From Dehalococcoidia bacterium (lineage in GTDB: Bacteria; Chloroflexota; Dehalococcoidia; E44-bin15): a stretch of 34,441 nt of DNA. The notes below the pieces were generated by a model, which was not told where the DNA came from, made no database searches, and saw only the letters and a program-made list of their open reading frames with translations. Made by a program: the position numbers and the translations under genes. Location of the stretch: assembly GCA_004377275.1 (NCBI GenBank), contig SOIC01000175.1, positions 1 through 34,441 of the forward strand, written 5' to 3'. Every line of letters starts with the position of its first letter. The first letter of the stretch is position 1. This document shows positions 34,252-34,441 of the stretch, one piece after another.

Positions 34252-34441
34252 ATGGAGCAGATACTAGGGAAAAGGTTCGAGCCTAAGAAGATCATAGACA
34301 ACCCATCGGAGGAGAGCCTCCGTGCATGGGCCTTGGAGCACGGCGGGTTCATAAGCGAGTTCGGCAACCTCTCGGTAACGACCAACGTGCGGAACAGAAT
34401 GGCGAAGTTGACTGAGGTAATACTGGACCAGCCGGACCCAG
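34252..34441 (+). CDS. Partial CDS (5-prime end only), PEP-carboxykinase(ATP)-like N-terminus (tentative)
   Basis: An open frame from ATG 34252 runs off the window edge (63 codons), with AGGA 5 nt upstream. The layout EPKKIIDNPSEESL...GNLSVTTNV parallels PckA N-termini as I recall them, but the GRSPKDK motif is not conserved. Confidence 0.35.
   Translation, partial: MEQILGKRFEPKKIIDNPSEESLRAWALEHGGFISEFGNLSVTTNVRNRMAKLTEVILDQPDP

Noticed and set aside
1-34441. Scan for CRISPR arrays, rRNA and tRNA genes, transposases, integrases and known defence-system genes
   Set aside because: I found no regularly spaced direct repeats, no cloverleaf-like or rRNA-like segments apart from the tmRNA, and no ORF with recombinase, transposase or defence-type motifs. 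The only repeats are the short ones reported above.

Overview
This window is almost entirely tightly packed core metabolism from a moderately GC-rich bacterium. A Chloroflexota-like origin is only my guess, based on gene content. Order: (1) a minus-strand nfeD / SPFH-stomatin pair. (2) A plus-strand histidine operon: hisZ, a tandem-duplicated hisG, an unknown His/Asp-rich protein, hisD, hisC and hisB. (3) An 8-kb minus-strand purine cluster: guaA, an EncFtn-like half-ferritin, a small membrane protein, purD, a geranylgeranyl-reductase-like flavoprotein, purE, purB, a secreted SNase/lamin-tail nuclease lipoprotein and purC. (4) tsaC, rpiB and dxs. (5) A translationally coupled run of a cooC-like NTPase, pgk, apgM, tpiA and miaA, followed by dapF, a pentapeptide-repeat protein, dapL and hflX. 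(6) ctpA, smpB and ssrA (tmRNA). (7) A lower-GC segment downstream of ssrA holding an ECH1-like crotonase, a degenerate second copy of the tmRNA 3-prime end, a PspC-domain protein and the start of a PEPCK-like gene. I found no CRISPR array, rRNA, tRNA, transposase or integrase, and no recognisable defence system. The best leads for something undescribed are the atypical his operon (HisZ plus a fused double HisG, and an embedded metallo-hydrolase-like protein that could be the missing histidinol-phosphate phosphatase), the AT-rich extracellular nuclease inside the pur operon, an orphan EncFtn-like protein with no encapsulin nearby, a CooC-type NTPase coupled to glycolytic genes, and the relic island at ssrA. 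All product calls come from motif recognition by eye; nothing was searched against a database.
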